From Lytechinus pictus (taxonomy: Eukaryota), in contig NC_087252.1 in NCBI RefSeq assembly GCF_037042905.1, forward strand, positions 3,660,001 to 3,724,000: a DNA stretch of 64,000 bases. The letters are read 5' to 3'. Of the stretch, positions 23,414 to 60,826 are shown one piece after another. Every line of letters starts with the position of its first letter. The stretch's first letter is position 1. The translations under genes were made by a program, and so were the position numbers. Under the pieces are notes generated by a model that saw nothing but the letters and a program-made list of their open reading frames with translations, was not told the DNA's origin and made no database searches.

Positions 23414-24371
23414 GGTCTGATTGCCATTTAGGCAATGGGTTTACCACTTGGTCTAATTTCTAGCAAGGCTGTACACGTTTTGTCTAATATTCACTTGGTC
23501 TAACACCACAGTCTATGTGATTCTGCTATTGTGAACCAAATTTTCATTTGACAAAATGAAATTGATAGACAATGATAATAATAATACGTGAGATTTATAT
23601 AGCGCACTTTCCATCTTGATTAGATGCTCAAGGCGCTTCAGAGCAGAACAACAAAAACTATTTACATATAATACATGTCTGAACAATAAGTCAATGTCTA
23701 TAAAAAAACACTTTAAAAAAAAACAATGAGGAAATGAGACCATCTGAGTCATATTTAGAATTTTATGAGAAACACACTAATGGGATATTAGATCAGTGAC
23801 TCAACATTTGCTTCTGTGACAATTACTCCAGGCTTCATTTCGTCTGAGATACAGGGTTAGGGTTGCAATAGGTTAGGTTTAGGATAGGGTATAGTGTTAA
23901 ATCCAGGGTTGAAGTTGGCAATTCCGGTAGGGCATGGAATTCACAGCGGAGCAATTGTCGCAAGAGCAAATGTCATGGAACAATTAGAACGAGTTAACTG
24001 TAGACCGAATGGCAATTAGGCCAACTTGATAGTTGACCAAGACCTTAGAAGACCAAAAAGGTTTAGCCCATGTAATAGACCTATTAGACTATCTGAATTG
24101 TAGACCTTCTGCTTGTAGATTTGGTGATTTGATTACGAGTTATATTGTTATATTTTTAATGTGGAATCAATGAAATGAAATGAAATGAATTTGTGATATC
24201 GATTTATCTGTTCTGTAAGCTCGGCTGACGTTGATTTGTCAATTGTCTCCTCTGTATTACAAAACAATGGATATTGATCATTTTTGTAATCATATTTTTT
24301 TCCTGTTGTGTGCTTTGGAGATTATTAATGGTTTTAGTTGAGCTGAGAATTGAGACAAATTTTCAATGATC

Positions 24372-24527
24372 AGGGCTCTGTAACACAAAGGTTTGCAATC
24401 AATCACGAAATACGAGTGACCAATCAAGATCATTGCTGAACCTGCACTTCGTTTACTGACCAGGAACCAATCAATGCTGTTCTTTCATATTTCCAATTCA
24501 TTGCAAACCTTTGTGTTATGGAGCCTA
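24372..24527. mobile_element. Degenerate palindromic MITE (family of 33378-33507)
   Basis: gggctctgtaacacaaaggtttgcaat ... attgcaaacctttgtgttatggagcc. Confidence 0.6.
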
Positions 24528-24580
24528 GATCTTTCCTGGTATGCGATTCCACATTCAGTCACATCATGTGAAGAGGAAGT

Positions 24581-24858
24581 GGAGCGTTGTGGCCTAGTGG
24601 ATTAGTCTCCGGACTATAAAACAGAGGGTCGTGGGTTAAAACCCAGCCATGGCGTAGTTTCCTTCAGCAAGAAAATTAGTACACATTGTGCTGCACTCAA
24701 CCCAGGTGAGGTGAATGGGTACCTGGCAGGAATTTATTCCTTGAAATGCCGTAAAAGCTGCTTGAGCTACAGCCAGGGTAATAATATCCAAGTCCTTTGG
24801 AAGCGCATAGAGACGTTATTCATGTGTTATGCGCTATACAAGAACTGACTATTGTTAT
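24581..24858 (+). mobile_element. tRNA-derived SINE (family 1)
   Basis: tRNA-like head gtggcctagtgg, conserved body tgctgcactcaacccaggtgaggtgaatgggtacc, L2-like tail. Confidence 0.85.
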
Positions 24859-25019
24859 AAGAGTCCACAGAGACCTCTTGACAATATTACACAAGACTTC
24901 ACATGCACAGAACTTCAATCTAGGACTGACCCTATAACTGTTAATAATAATTGTAAATGTATATTGCGCAATTACTACATGTATATGTATATACTTAACT
25001 GCGCACTTCAATAATATTA

Positions 25020-25225
25020 ATATTAGTACCCTGGCTAAAGACATGCCAAAGACACCCTGGCAATTTAAGGAATTCCTTCTCAAGTTCCCATTCACCATAC
25101 CTGGGTTGAGAGCAGCACCATCAGGTAAATGTCTTGCCGAAGGAAAACACGCCATGGCTGGGAATCGAACCCACATCCCTCAGATTGAAAAATGAAAGTC
25201 ATAACCACTAGACCACAACACCCCA
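25020..25225 (-). mobile_element. tRNA-derived SINE (family 1), inverted relative to 24581-24858
   Basis: Reverse-complement similarity to family 1 (gccatggctgggaatcgaacccac). Confidence 0.8.
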
Positions 25226-25326
25226 CGTAATCAAAGGAAGCCTATTATTAATAATCAGATGCCTACAATGCTACACAGGTAAAAAATAAACTATCATGGA
25301 AATATTCAATATTTCACATAAACTTA

Positions 25327-25332
25327 TTTATT
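25327..25332 (-). terminator. Candidate COPA polyadenylation signal (AATAAA)
   Basis: tttatt on the plus strand about 1.3 kb downstream of the COPA stop; motif only. Confidence 0.35.
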
Positions 25333-26640
25333 AATGTTTTTCATAACAAGCATTCACAAATCAATAATAAAGTCTTGTCACAGTATAAGTTTATAGGCTA
25401 AACATACACATCAGTATGTCCTACATTTAAGTAATCACCAATATAAGAAATTTCATTTGTACATTACATGATTTCAATATATGGGAAACACTGTAGTGTT
25501 AACAATGCAATACTAACCCAAAACAATGAAAAAACAATAACACTATCATATTGTAACTAAATTTTCTTATAAATAAATCAAATGATCATTATTCAGTGTT
25601 GCGCTGTAACCATACAGGGCGATTCCCTCAAACACTGCTAAATTTATGTATACATATTGATAATGGTAATATGCTGCGATAACCTTGTTCTGCTTCGCTT
25701 TAACCCTATGACAACTGAACTCTATAAATCCTATAGGCTTTGTATGGGATCACTTGGTTCTAGTAGGAAATGAGTTGGACATATCTGGTAAGCTTCCAAT
25801 GTAATTGCACAGTAATATTAGCAAACCAGACTCGAGACCAACCAAATCTATAACAACGACTCCAATGACATAACATCCATCAGATCGGATTTTGATTTGT
25901 TAGTATGAATGGCATTAGTAATGAATACATCTTGCAACATTAAATGGAATGTTTAAACGATGACAGTAGTAGATGATATATGAGAGAAATCTAAAAATTG
26001 TCTTGTTGTCAAAGAGTAGCAAAAAATATCCTACCTTATCTCAATATTTGGCAAAACGGTCTGATACACACCGGGGCATATTACATCTGATTCTAGATCA
26101 TTTTCAAGATGTGATATGCTTGTGTTTCTTGATGAAGAAAAAAATTCAACTTTTCCATTAATAATTCTGCAATTCTAGACAGTTTTACGCAGGTGACAAA
26201 GCAAAACTTTCACAGTAGCCACACCCAGTACTAAATATAATTTTTGGATTTCTATAGTCTTTTCCAGAGCGTACAAAGCGCTGTTAAAGAGGACTTGTAA
26301 ATATTTCACATACAAGGTAACTTCAAGAATAGGAAAATGTGCAAATGTATAACATAGTTGATGTCTAAAGCTTATTCCTGATAAAGCGCTATGTGATAAC
26401 AAGGAACCGTTTCCTGAAGAATTTTGTCAGTGCATTTTCCGTAGAAGCAACTGTCGCAGGTGCAAATGTCATGGAAGCGATGTGATGAATAATCCTGCTA
26501 GTTTATCAAGGGTATTACGCATTATCTTGTGCATGATAGCACTGAAGCATCTCTTAACTCATTGTGGAGTACCCCCCTGGGCAACTGATCAATAAATTTT
26601 ATGAATTCAGCAGTGGTTGGCTTTCTGGGAATGTTGGGTT

Positions 26641-52589
<25,949 letters not shown>

Positions 52590-52744
52590 GATACTGCTGT
52601 CAAATCATCAAAAAAGTAATGTAATTTTCTTCCTTTTCTCCTGACAATTCCACGAAGATGCAGCCACGTCACTTTCAGCTTATGTTTGATAGTCTTTCGT
52701 ACAGCCGTTTTCTCTTGATATTCTTCTGTTCAATTAGTGAGGAA

Positions 52745-55646
52745 CATAGAGATGTATACTAGTAACGCTAGAGGGCGTACTTCGTCAAATCGCTGTGATT
52801 ACGTGGAGACCGTCCGCCATTGCTCGATAGGTATTCGCAGCCTGCCATATCCATGCGCGTACAGTACCTATGGGGCATGTACACGGATGAGCACAGAACA
52901 TGACAAATTGATGACATATGAGCACGAAAGCATATGGAAAAGCAAAATTGTAAATATTGCACTGGATTAAAGTTCAAATACAACAAAAATCTAGCAAAAC
53001 TGAGGTCAAAAGGCCTATATAGGCCTATCTATAGCGCATAATATAGGCCGATACAGCTATAATACAGGCAAACGATTTAAAGTCCCAATTGTTTTTGCTT
53101 AGGTAAAATTTTGATACATTAATATGACTTCTATTTTCTAATGATTTGGAAGAGATGAATATCAAAAATAACATTTAGGCCTAGGTCCTGATAAATAAAT
53201 TTAATGTGTTTTAATATGATTTGATGTACATTAACCTAAGAAAATTCATAGGCCATATCACAGTGATGCATCTGAGACGCTGTATCGAAAAAAAAAACAC
53301 GATTGTATTTTTATAGTTCATAGTTTCCTAATTACTATTATGCTGATTGCTGATAATTTATTTCTTCACTTTAGATAATTGTTATAATTTATTTTCCATA
53401 TATATCTACACAATAGGGCCTATAATAACTCGATCCCTTTTCCCCATGTCTTACACGCTGATGTAAACCAACATCACAAAAACTCGCGAATCATAAAATG
53501 ACTTTTTATTGATATTTGGAAATGATTTACGCATTGATTCAGTTAAAAATTGATGATTTAGATTTCCTTTGCTGGCAACCATCCCATCATATTTATAAAT
53601 ATGTATATAAAAGTATACTTTCTTACTTGCGATCAATGTATAGAAAAGTTTGTTGACAGCAAAATGCGCGCATGCAGTCGTACAATTTTGCAATGTACAG
53701 GAGGCCTAATGGGGGGTTGGATGTTTATGTACAGTGTTATTGCCTTGCAAACATTTTAAAACTTCGGAGAGTAAACAAATCACAATGCGCAAAACAATTT
53801 TACTTTGATTTTCTGGAAAGTATAGACTTGATTCTCCCCGGCTGAAAATATGCTGATCGGCAAACTGGCTGAAATATTTTGTTTATCGCCGTTGTTTCTG
53901 ATCCTATAATGATTGGACCAATATCATGTGAACAAATCAAGGATAGAATAATAAGGAGAGGAAGAAGGGGGAGAAGGAGAGAAGGAAAGGGGCGGGATTA
54001 TGATATATAATTTTTATTATACTATAAAGAATATTATTACTACTGCAAGAGTGTATAAAACTAATATCATGAAAGACATCAATGCAAACTTATCATAATT
54101 ATGAAAACGGTTGCAAAATTGTGAGTACTAAAACCAAACATAATTATGAAACAATAATATTGCAAAAGTGACAATACTTGGAATAAGATATTAAAAATCC
54201 AAATTTAATCTCAAATTTGATACCTGCCTTGAAATTGTGCTAATTAACTGTGTCTGTGTCGCTTGAATAAATGAACTTTATGGCAAATATTTGTAAGCAC
54301 TGGCACCGGCCTAACATATAAACAGATAAACACGCGTTTTGAATATCCAGTTTTGTTTTTCATTTTAAAAGTATAACTGAATTTGATTTTCTAGTTTTCT
54401 TCCTTTAATGTCATTTGCTGGCCTATGGACCTGAGTTTGGTTATTCGATCAGTTTTTTTTAAATAAGATTTCCATGGATGAACAAAATTATTATATTATG
54501 TTAATTACGGCGTCGCGGAATGATTTTGAAAGTGATGGGGTGCATAAAATCACAATCATTTATTATGTGTAATGTTCATTTTCATTTCAGGGAGGGGTCC
54601 GGTCGCGCCCCCTGTATTTTATTTTGATCAGTATGTTAAAGCGAATTTGCTTAGGTGTGTTTGTTATTTTAATTGCACACACGGCCCCTAAAAAGCGAAT
54701 TAAAACAAATCTAACTTAAAGTGAAGGGAATTAAAACTGTCATTTGTGAAAAGTTTGAACAAATTAGGCTATATTCTCGACATTTTAAATCAATATTTTA
54801 TTTTCGGGCCATATAGGCCTGCAGATTTTGGGGAATTTATTATGTTCCTATAAGAACAAAATCAGCACGTTCACCAAATAACACAAATTTCAACATTGAT
54901 GGTGTAACGGGAGGCTCACCAAGAACAATAATGAGATGCCCTTTAATAGCGCATGTAGATCAAAACACTAACTTATACAGAATTATTGTACAACTTAATA
55001 TATAAAAATGATAGGCCTATATTTCATACAAATTAAAGCAAGTTACATATCATGTAGGCCTATATAGAAATTACAAAATTATATCCAACATAAACATAGA
55101 ATCAAAGGACGTAAATGTGGGAAGGATGGAAGGAGGACGATGCAGTTAAAGGTAGGGAAATCCAGAGAAGGGCTAATTCACTGCAGTCTTTTGAATTAAT
55201 TGTCAATCTTTCTATTAATGTCCGCTGTATGTTTTTATTTTTATATGATTGTTTATTTGATAGTATATCAACATTGTTATCTATTACAGGCCTATAAACG
55301 GACAGGTAAATGCAAATTATTTAGAATTTCATCCCGAGAAATCAGGTTTTTAAAATGCCAAATTAATAGCATAATCCCCATGTAATCACTCTAATAGTGT
55401 ATTGAGATGCAATTTGTCATTCATATTTTCGATTTTTATGAGGTTGTGTTCTTTTCTTCAAGAAAAAGGCCGGAGACGGCACCCCTTTTCACAGCGTTAC
55501 AACGCACGAGCTATGGGTACATCCGGGTACTTTTGCGAATCTATACCTATCGAGCAATGGCCGCCACGCTCCACACAATCACAGACGTTAAGTACGCGCG
55601 CCTATGGCGACTCCGCACTCTAGCGTAGTTAGTATACATCTCTATG
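52745..55646. mobile_element. 2.9-kb non-autonomous DNA transposon with 8-bp TSD (P- or hAT-superfamily-like)
   Basis: Perfect TSD gtgaggaa (52737-52744, 55647-55654); TIR catagagatgtatacta(gta/act)acgctagag (17 bp perfect, 26 of 29); sub-terminal inverted gccattgctcgataggtat; no transposase ORF recognised. Confidence 0.88.
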
Positions 55647-58600
55647 GTGAGGAATTGGTCGAAAATCTAAAATTTCCCGTTATTGGCGACTACAAAAGTG
55701 CGCAGCACCCTCTCTCGTTGGATTTTTTAAATTTTATTTAGACTGTATTAGACTAATTAAATTATCTCAAAATTCATACTCTAGTGAAAACTGAGATTTA
55801 TTTTTCCCCCTGTTTTTTTTTAATTCCTTCTTTCTTCCATCATTTGTTAAGAATAACCTTGTATATTATTTTCGTCTATTTATTTTTCATTTTTGTTTAC
55901 TCCAATTTTACTTTTGCCAATTGTATTTTACCCATGCTTTGATATATTTTGTTTTTCGTTTTTATTTTTGTATGCTTGTTTTATGTTGATATTATATGTT
56001 ATTATCATTTGTCCACGGCCTTGCTGAAAAGCAGCTTCTAGCCGAAAGCAGGCTTTTTAACCGTGATTAAATAAATAAAATACAAAAAAAAATACAAATA
56101 CAAGAATTATTCATGTATTTATCTATCTATTTCTTCAGTATCTTAATAAAGTCGTTTGTCTATTTATTTCTCCTATATCCTTAACTTTTTCTTATTTTTC
56201 ACTTTTTTCCGTTTTATGTTCTTTAACTTCCATTTCTTTCTTTTTTATCATTTTTATGGTGGTTTTTTTTTTTCTTAATGTTTTATTTTCTTTCTTCTTC
56301 CATTTTTTCATGTTTTCTTTCCGCTTTAGCTTTCCCATTGAGAAGAAAGAAAGAGTTAGAACTCGGATCCACTTTTTGTCAGCGGCGGAACGTATATATA
56401 GGCCCTACATCTTCTTTGGGGGACTCTCTTATTTCGCCAATCCAGATCGGCTGTGAATATAGTGGGATATATTGACCAGCCGAATATGTGACCTTGTTGA
56501 TTTAAATATAAATCTAAAATACTTGAATTTAAACCTTTTGAGATTTAAAAGTTAATTAAGATTCAAATTGAATTCAAAATTTGGCTGGTCACTAATATTC
56601 ACAGACGATCTGGATTTATTTTAAATCCTTGGAATTTATAGAGTGCATGGGCCCAAAATAACACTTTTTATAACATGTATACTCATGTCAAAATGTGAAT
56701 TTGGGTGCAAACTGATATTTTCATCATCAGATTACGTTTCTGCCTGAAGATGTTGTGTGTTTCATGGAATTAGATCAGCAAAACCTTTTTTGAAGTGATT
56801 TCTGATTGAATTTATTTCAGGCTTTATTTATTCCGCGACGAGCGGTTCCAAAAAATGAAAATTGAAGTTGTAAAACTCACTTTGTGATCATTTTTGGCGC
56901 TGATTTCTGTTTAAAGGGCATCCTTTTCGCAGTTCTCATGAGTTTTGTTTGTTACCACTTTTTGTCACTAATCTTTAGTAACTAACATATCGCACTGTCA
57001 CTGATCGAATAATGCGAGCGTAAATTAGCGCAAAATGAATTTTTTTTGATATTCCGACCTGAAAACTAGAAATACTCAGCAAGCGCGAGTATGTGCATGT
57101 CTTTTTAGCCTACTTAAAAAGGATGTTTGTCGGAGACATATCACATTTCATTCATGAAAATATGGCCTTTTTTCGTACGGGATTATTACTTTTTTGGCAG
57201 GGTGCAAATTCCTACGACCTTATTTTTTTATAGTTATTTTTTCTTCCACTGTATCTTTTTTGTGGGGGGCATATGGCTATAGATCATGAAGCAGTACTGC
57301 CGAGGCCCGGAAAGTTTACGTGGTCATATTTTCATTGAGGGTGTGAAGTCTAGCATGTTTCAATGTTTTTTTAGAAAAAAATGCTTTATTTTGATAATGC
57401 ATAATTATGAGATTATTCAAGTAAATTTGACGCACATATTTTTTGAAGCTTCAGGGCACTTACTGATGATTATATATACATTATTTTGTATGATTTTTTT
57501 TTCAATACTCACTCTATGAGTGGCATAGGAATATATTCCATTGCCACTATGTCATTCATAGCATGAGAGCCTTTCATAACGCACGCAAATCAGAATGTAG
57601 GTACGACTCTAAGTCACACTTCACTTGCGTACACTGGATCGGGGGCTCTTGCCCCCCCCCTTACAAAAAGGAATAAGGGCGAAGTATGATATTATTTTCT
57701 GAATATAATGTCAAACTCTATCACATACTTGGATTCTTGTAATAAATATGTCGAAGTTTTGCTCGCTCGCAACTTTTTTTTCATTTTATGCAATACGGCG
57801 CATATCGAGCCCCCTCAAAAAAAATTTACTCATTACCTCTGTCCCACTTGGAGCATTTTTTTGTATACACCCCGGGGAGTAATAGGGGTAAGAATGGGCG
57901 GATCGTGAACCAACCACCCCCCCCCAAAAAAAAAAAAAGGGTCCCACTTGTTCAAAATAGTACAAAAAACAAATAAAATGGGTCCTTTGTCACATGCCTC
58001 CCCTCCCAATGCCCCACCCCACTCTTTCTCTATATATATATATATATCTCCCCCCCCCCCCTTCTCTCTCTCTTCCTCCCTCCCCTCCCTCTCAATCTCC
58101 GTTTCTTTCTCTTCCTCGCCCCCCTCCTTTCCATGAATCTCCCTCTTCTTCTCACTAGCCCCCCCCCCCCCCCTCAGGGCTACCACACTGCCTCTCTGTT
58201 GACTATATTTTTTTCACACAAATTGATATAGGCCCACACAAGTCATATGATCATGATGTACATGTAGTTGTAATATATCAATGCAGTTATCGAAACTTGA
58301 ACATTTTAGAATTGATAGACATAATTGTACATATCAACTCCTCATTGTTTGATATTATAAACACACAATAAAGAGATATTCAAACAAATCCTGCTTGTGT
58401 AGTTTCAATAGTTATGATGAGTATTGTCTTAATGGGCAAAGCCACTCCAACAAAAAGAGGACATGAACAAAATGCGGAAAATCAAACAAGTTTATAATGT
58501 TGAAAATCTTTACTTTTATAGAGCACGGGATGTGATCATTTTATATCATCTTCTTTTTTTGCCCAAATGTTGGGATTATTTATTGAGCTTGAAAAAGCTA

Positions 58601-60019
58601 ATCCTAAGCTTTAGCATTAACTTAATAATTAATGATAAACTACACAGGTTCTCTATTGAATGTCGAAGAAATTCGGTGAGAGCTTTTATAAAAACAAGTT
58701 TTTAGTTCTGTGTTTATTCAGGCATGATATGTGCACACGTGCAATTTCAGTGAAAATTGAAAATGAAATGATGTTACAAAACTCCACTATCTCGTCTTTT
58801 ACATCTTTTAATTTTAAACACAATTGTGTTAACATTGTGAAGAAGAATTTATATATATTTAAGTGCTGCTCTGTCTAATCATGTAAATAGCTTGTTGATT
58901 TGTTTGATTTATATTGTAATTTATATTTTGATCAATAAAGATTGAAGGAAAAAAGAAGAAGAGTTACTTTTTGAAATAAGCTAACTTTCTCAATTTCACT
59001 TTCTTAAGCCCCCACCCCCCTACAAAAAAAATGTTTTAGCTATTTACAGAGATCCTTTCCTGCCGAATTATTATTATGCATGAATGTATTTATCCTCCAA
59101 TTTTATTATGTGTGTCAATATGAACATGGACCTACAAAAGTCAAGCGACAAAAGTACTTCCTCCAGTCTCAAGTTGTAATTCGACTAAAATATAGAATCG
59201 GTTTTGCTGTTTTGTCTTCAAATAAACATATTAAGGTTGGGATTTTTTATGAGTTCAAAAAAACTGAGAACCAAATAATGCTATTCTGCTTTAGGGATTT
59301 GTTTCTTTCTCTCTGCAGAAAGTTTCATAATTACGACACTGGGTCATCGGGTCGTTTACATATAAGTCAATATCCATCGCACTCAATTAAAACTTTAATA
59401 CCAGTAAATATGCAGTAGACCACTGAATATTATAAAACCATATTTAGAATGTATAGTGCATAATAATACCAGATAATTTCTTTAAAATCTTATAAATAGT
59501 AAGTTCTTAAGTCATTTTTTTTCTTTCCTTCATTATTTACCTGTATAGAATATTTCCAATGTATATTGGACAGCTTTATGCAACTTGATTTATAGTTAAC
59601 CAGGTACTTCTCCGGTCAAATACTTTTTTTTCCTGGATTATTATGCATGCTTGTTGTATTGAGAGATCTGATTTTGATATAATCACCGTTGAATTGAACT
59701 AATAACCAAGCAATTATTTATGGTCTGATGTTTAATTTGTAGTTCAATCATTTTACTTAATTCATTTTTATGCTCATGGTGTTAGTGTTCAAATTCGAGA
59801 TTTTCCTAAATATCCAAGGTGATTGTGGTTATTGAGAAATATTAATATCAGTAAAGAATTAAGAGTAGTAAAAGTAAAGAAAAAAATAGTGATGGTGATA
59901 TAGTAGGCCTAGTAATCATGCAATAGTCTGATATTAGTGGTATAGTAGCAGAAGCATAGTAGTAGTGGTAGTAGTAGTAGTAGTAGTATAGTATATAGTA
60001 GTAGTAGTAGTAGTAGTAC

Positions 60020-60282
60020 TAATATAGGGTATTTATATTGCGCACATATCCACCTTGTTAGGTGCTCAAGGCGCTCCTATATTACCCGGCTAAGCTAGGC
60101 GTTCATAGCGCACACAGCTTTTCAAGGAATTACTTCCTACCGGTACCCATTTACCTCACCTGGGTTGAGTGCAGCACACTGTGGATCAGTTTCTTGCTGA
60201 AGGAAATTACGCCATGGCTGGGATTCGAACCCACGACCCTCTGATTCAAAGTCAGAAGACTAATCCACTGGGCCACAACGCT
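60020..60282 (-). mobile_element. tRNA-derived SINE (family 1) embedded in (AGT)n
   Basis: Reverse-complement match to family 1. Confidence 0.85.
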
Positions 60283-60285
60283 ACT

Positions 60286-60287
60286 AC

Positions 60288-60319
<32 letters not shown>

Positions 60320-60341
60320 TAGTAGTAGTAGAAATATCAAT

Positions 60342-60421
<80 letters not shown>

Positions 60422-60434
60422 AAATATCAATAGC

Positions 60435-60496
<62 letters not shown>

Positions 60497-60506
60497 AAAT
60501 ATCAAT

Positions 60507-60541
<35 letters not shown>

Positions 60542-60592
60542 TATAGTAGTTGGTGACAAGTACAGTAGGCTCTATTTAGTAGTAGTAGTAGA
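60286..60592 (+). repeat. Compound (AGT)n/(AGC)n microsatellite with repeated gaaatatcaatagc interruption
   Basis: Direct inspection; three higher-order units. Confidence 0.9.
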
Positions 60593-60826
60593 CGATGTTC
60601 ACATTACACCATAATTTTTTTCCGAGCATATTTAAAGGACTAATTGCAATTTTTGGCAACTATAAGTAGACCTATGTGTTGGCGTCTTTACGAATACCCT
60701 AATCATTTCAGCATCATCATCATCATGAATAGGGAAATTTACCTTTGGTTCCACTAGCTACCCTCGTTATATGCATTAATTATATACTCATTAATTAGCC
60801 ACACTTTCGCCAGGTTAAAAACCACC

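Noticed and set aside
52900..55480. Transposase or THAP gene inside the 2.9-kb element
   Set aside because: No long ORF or recognisable motif by eye; the superfamily remains unassigned.
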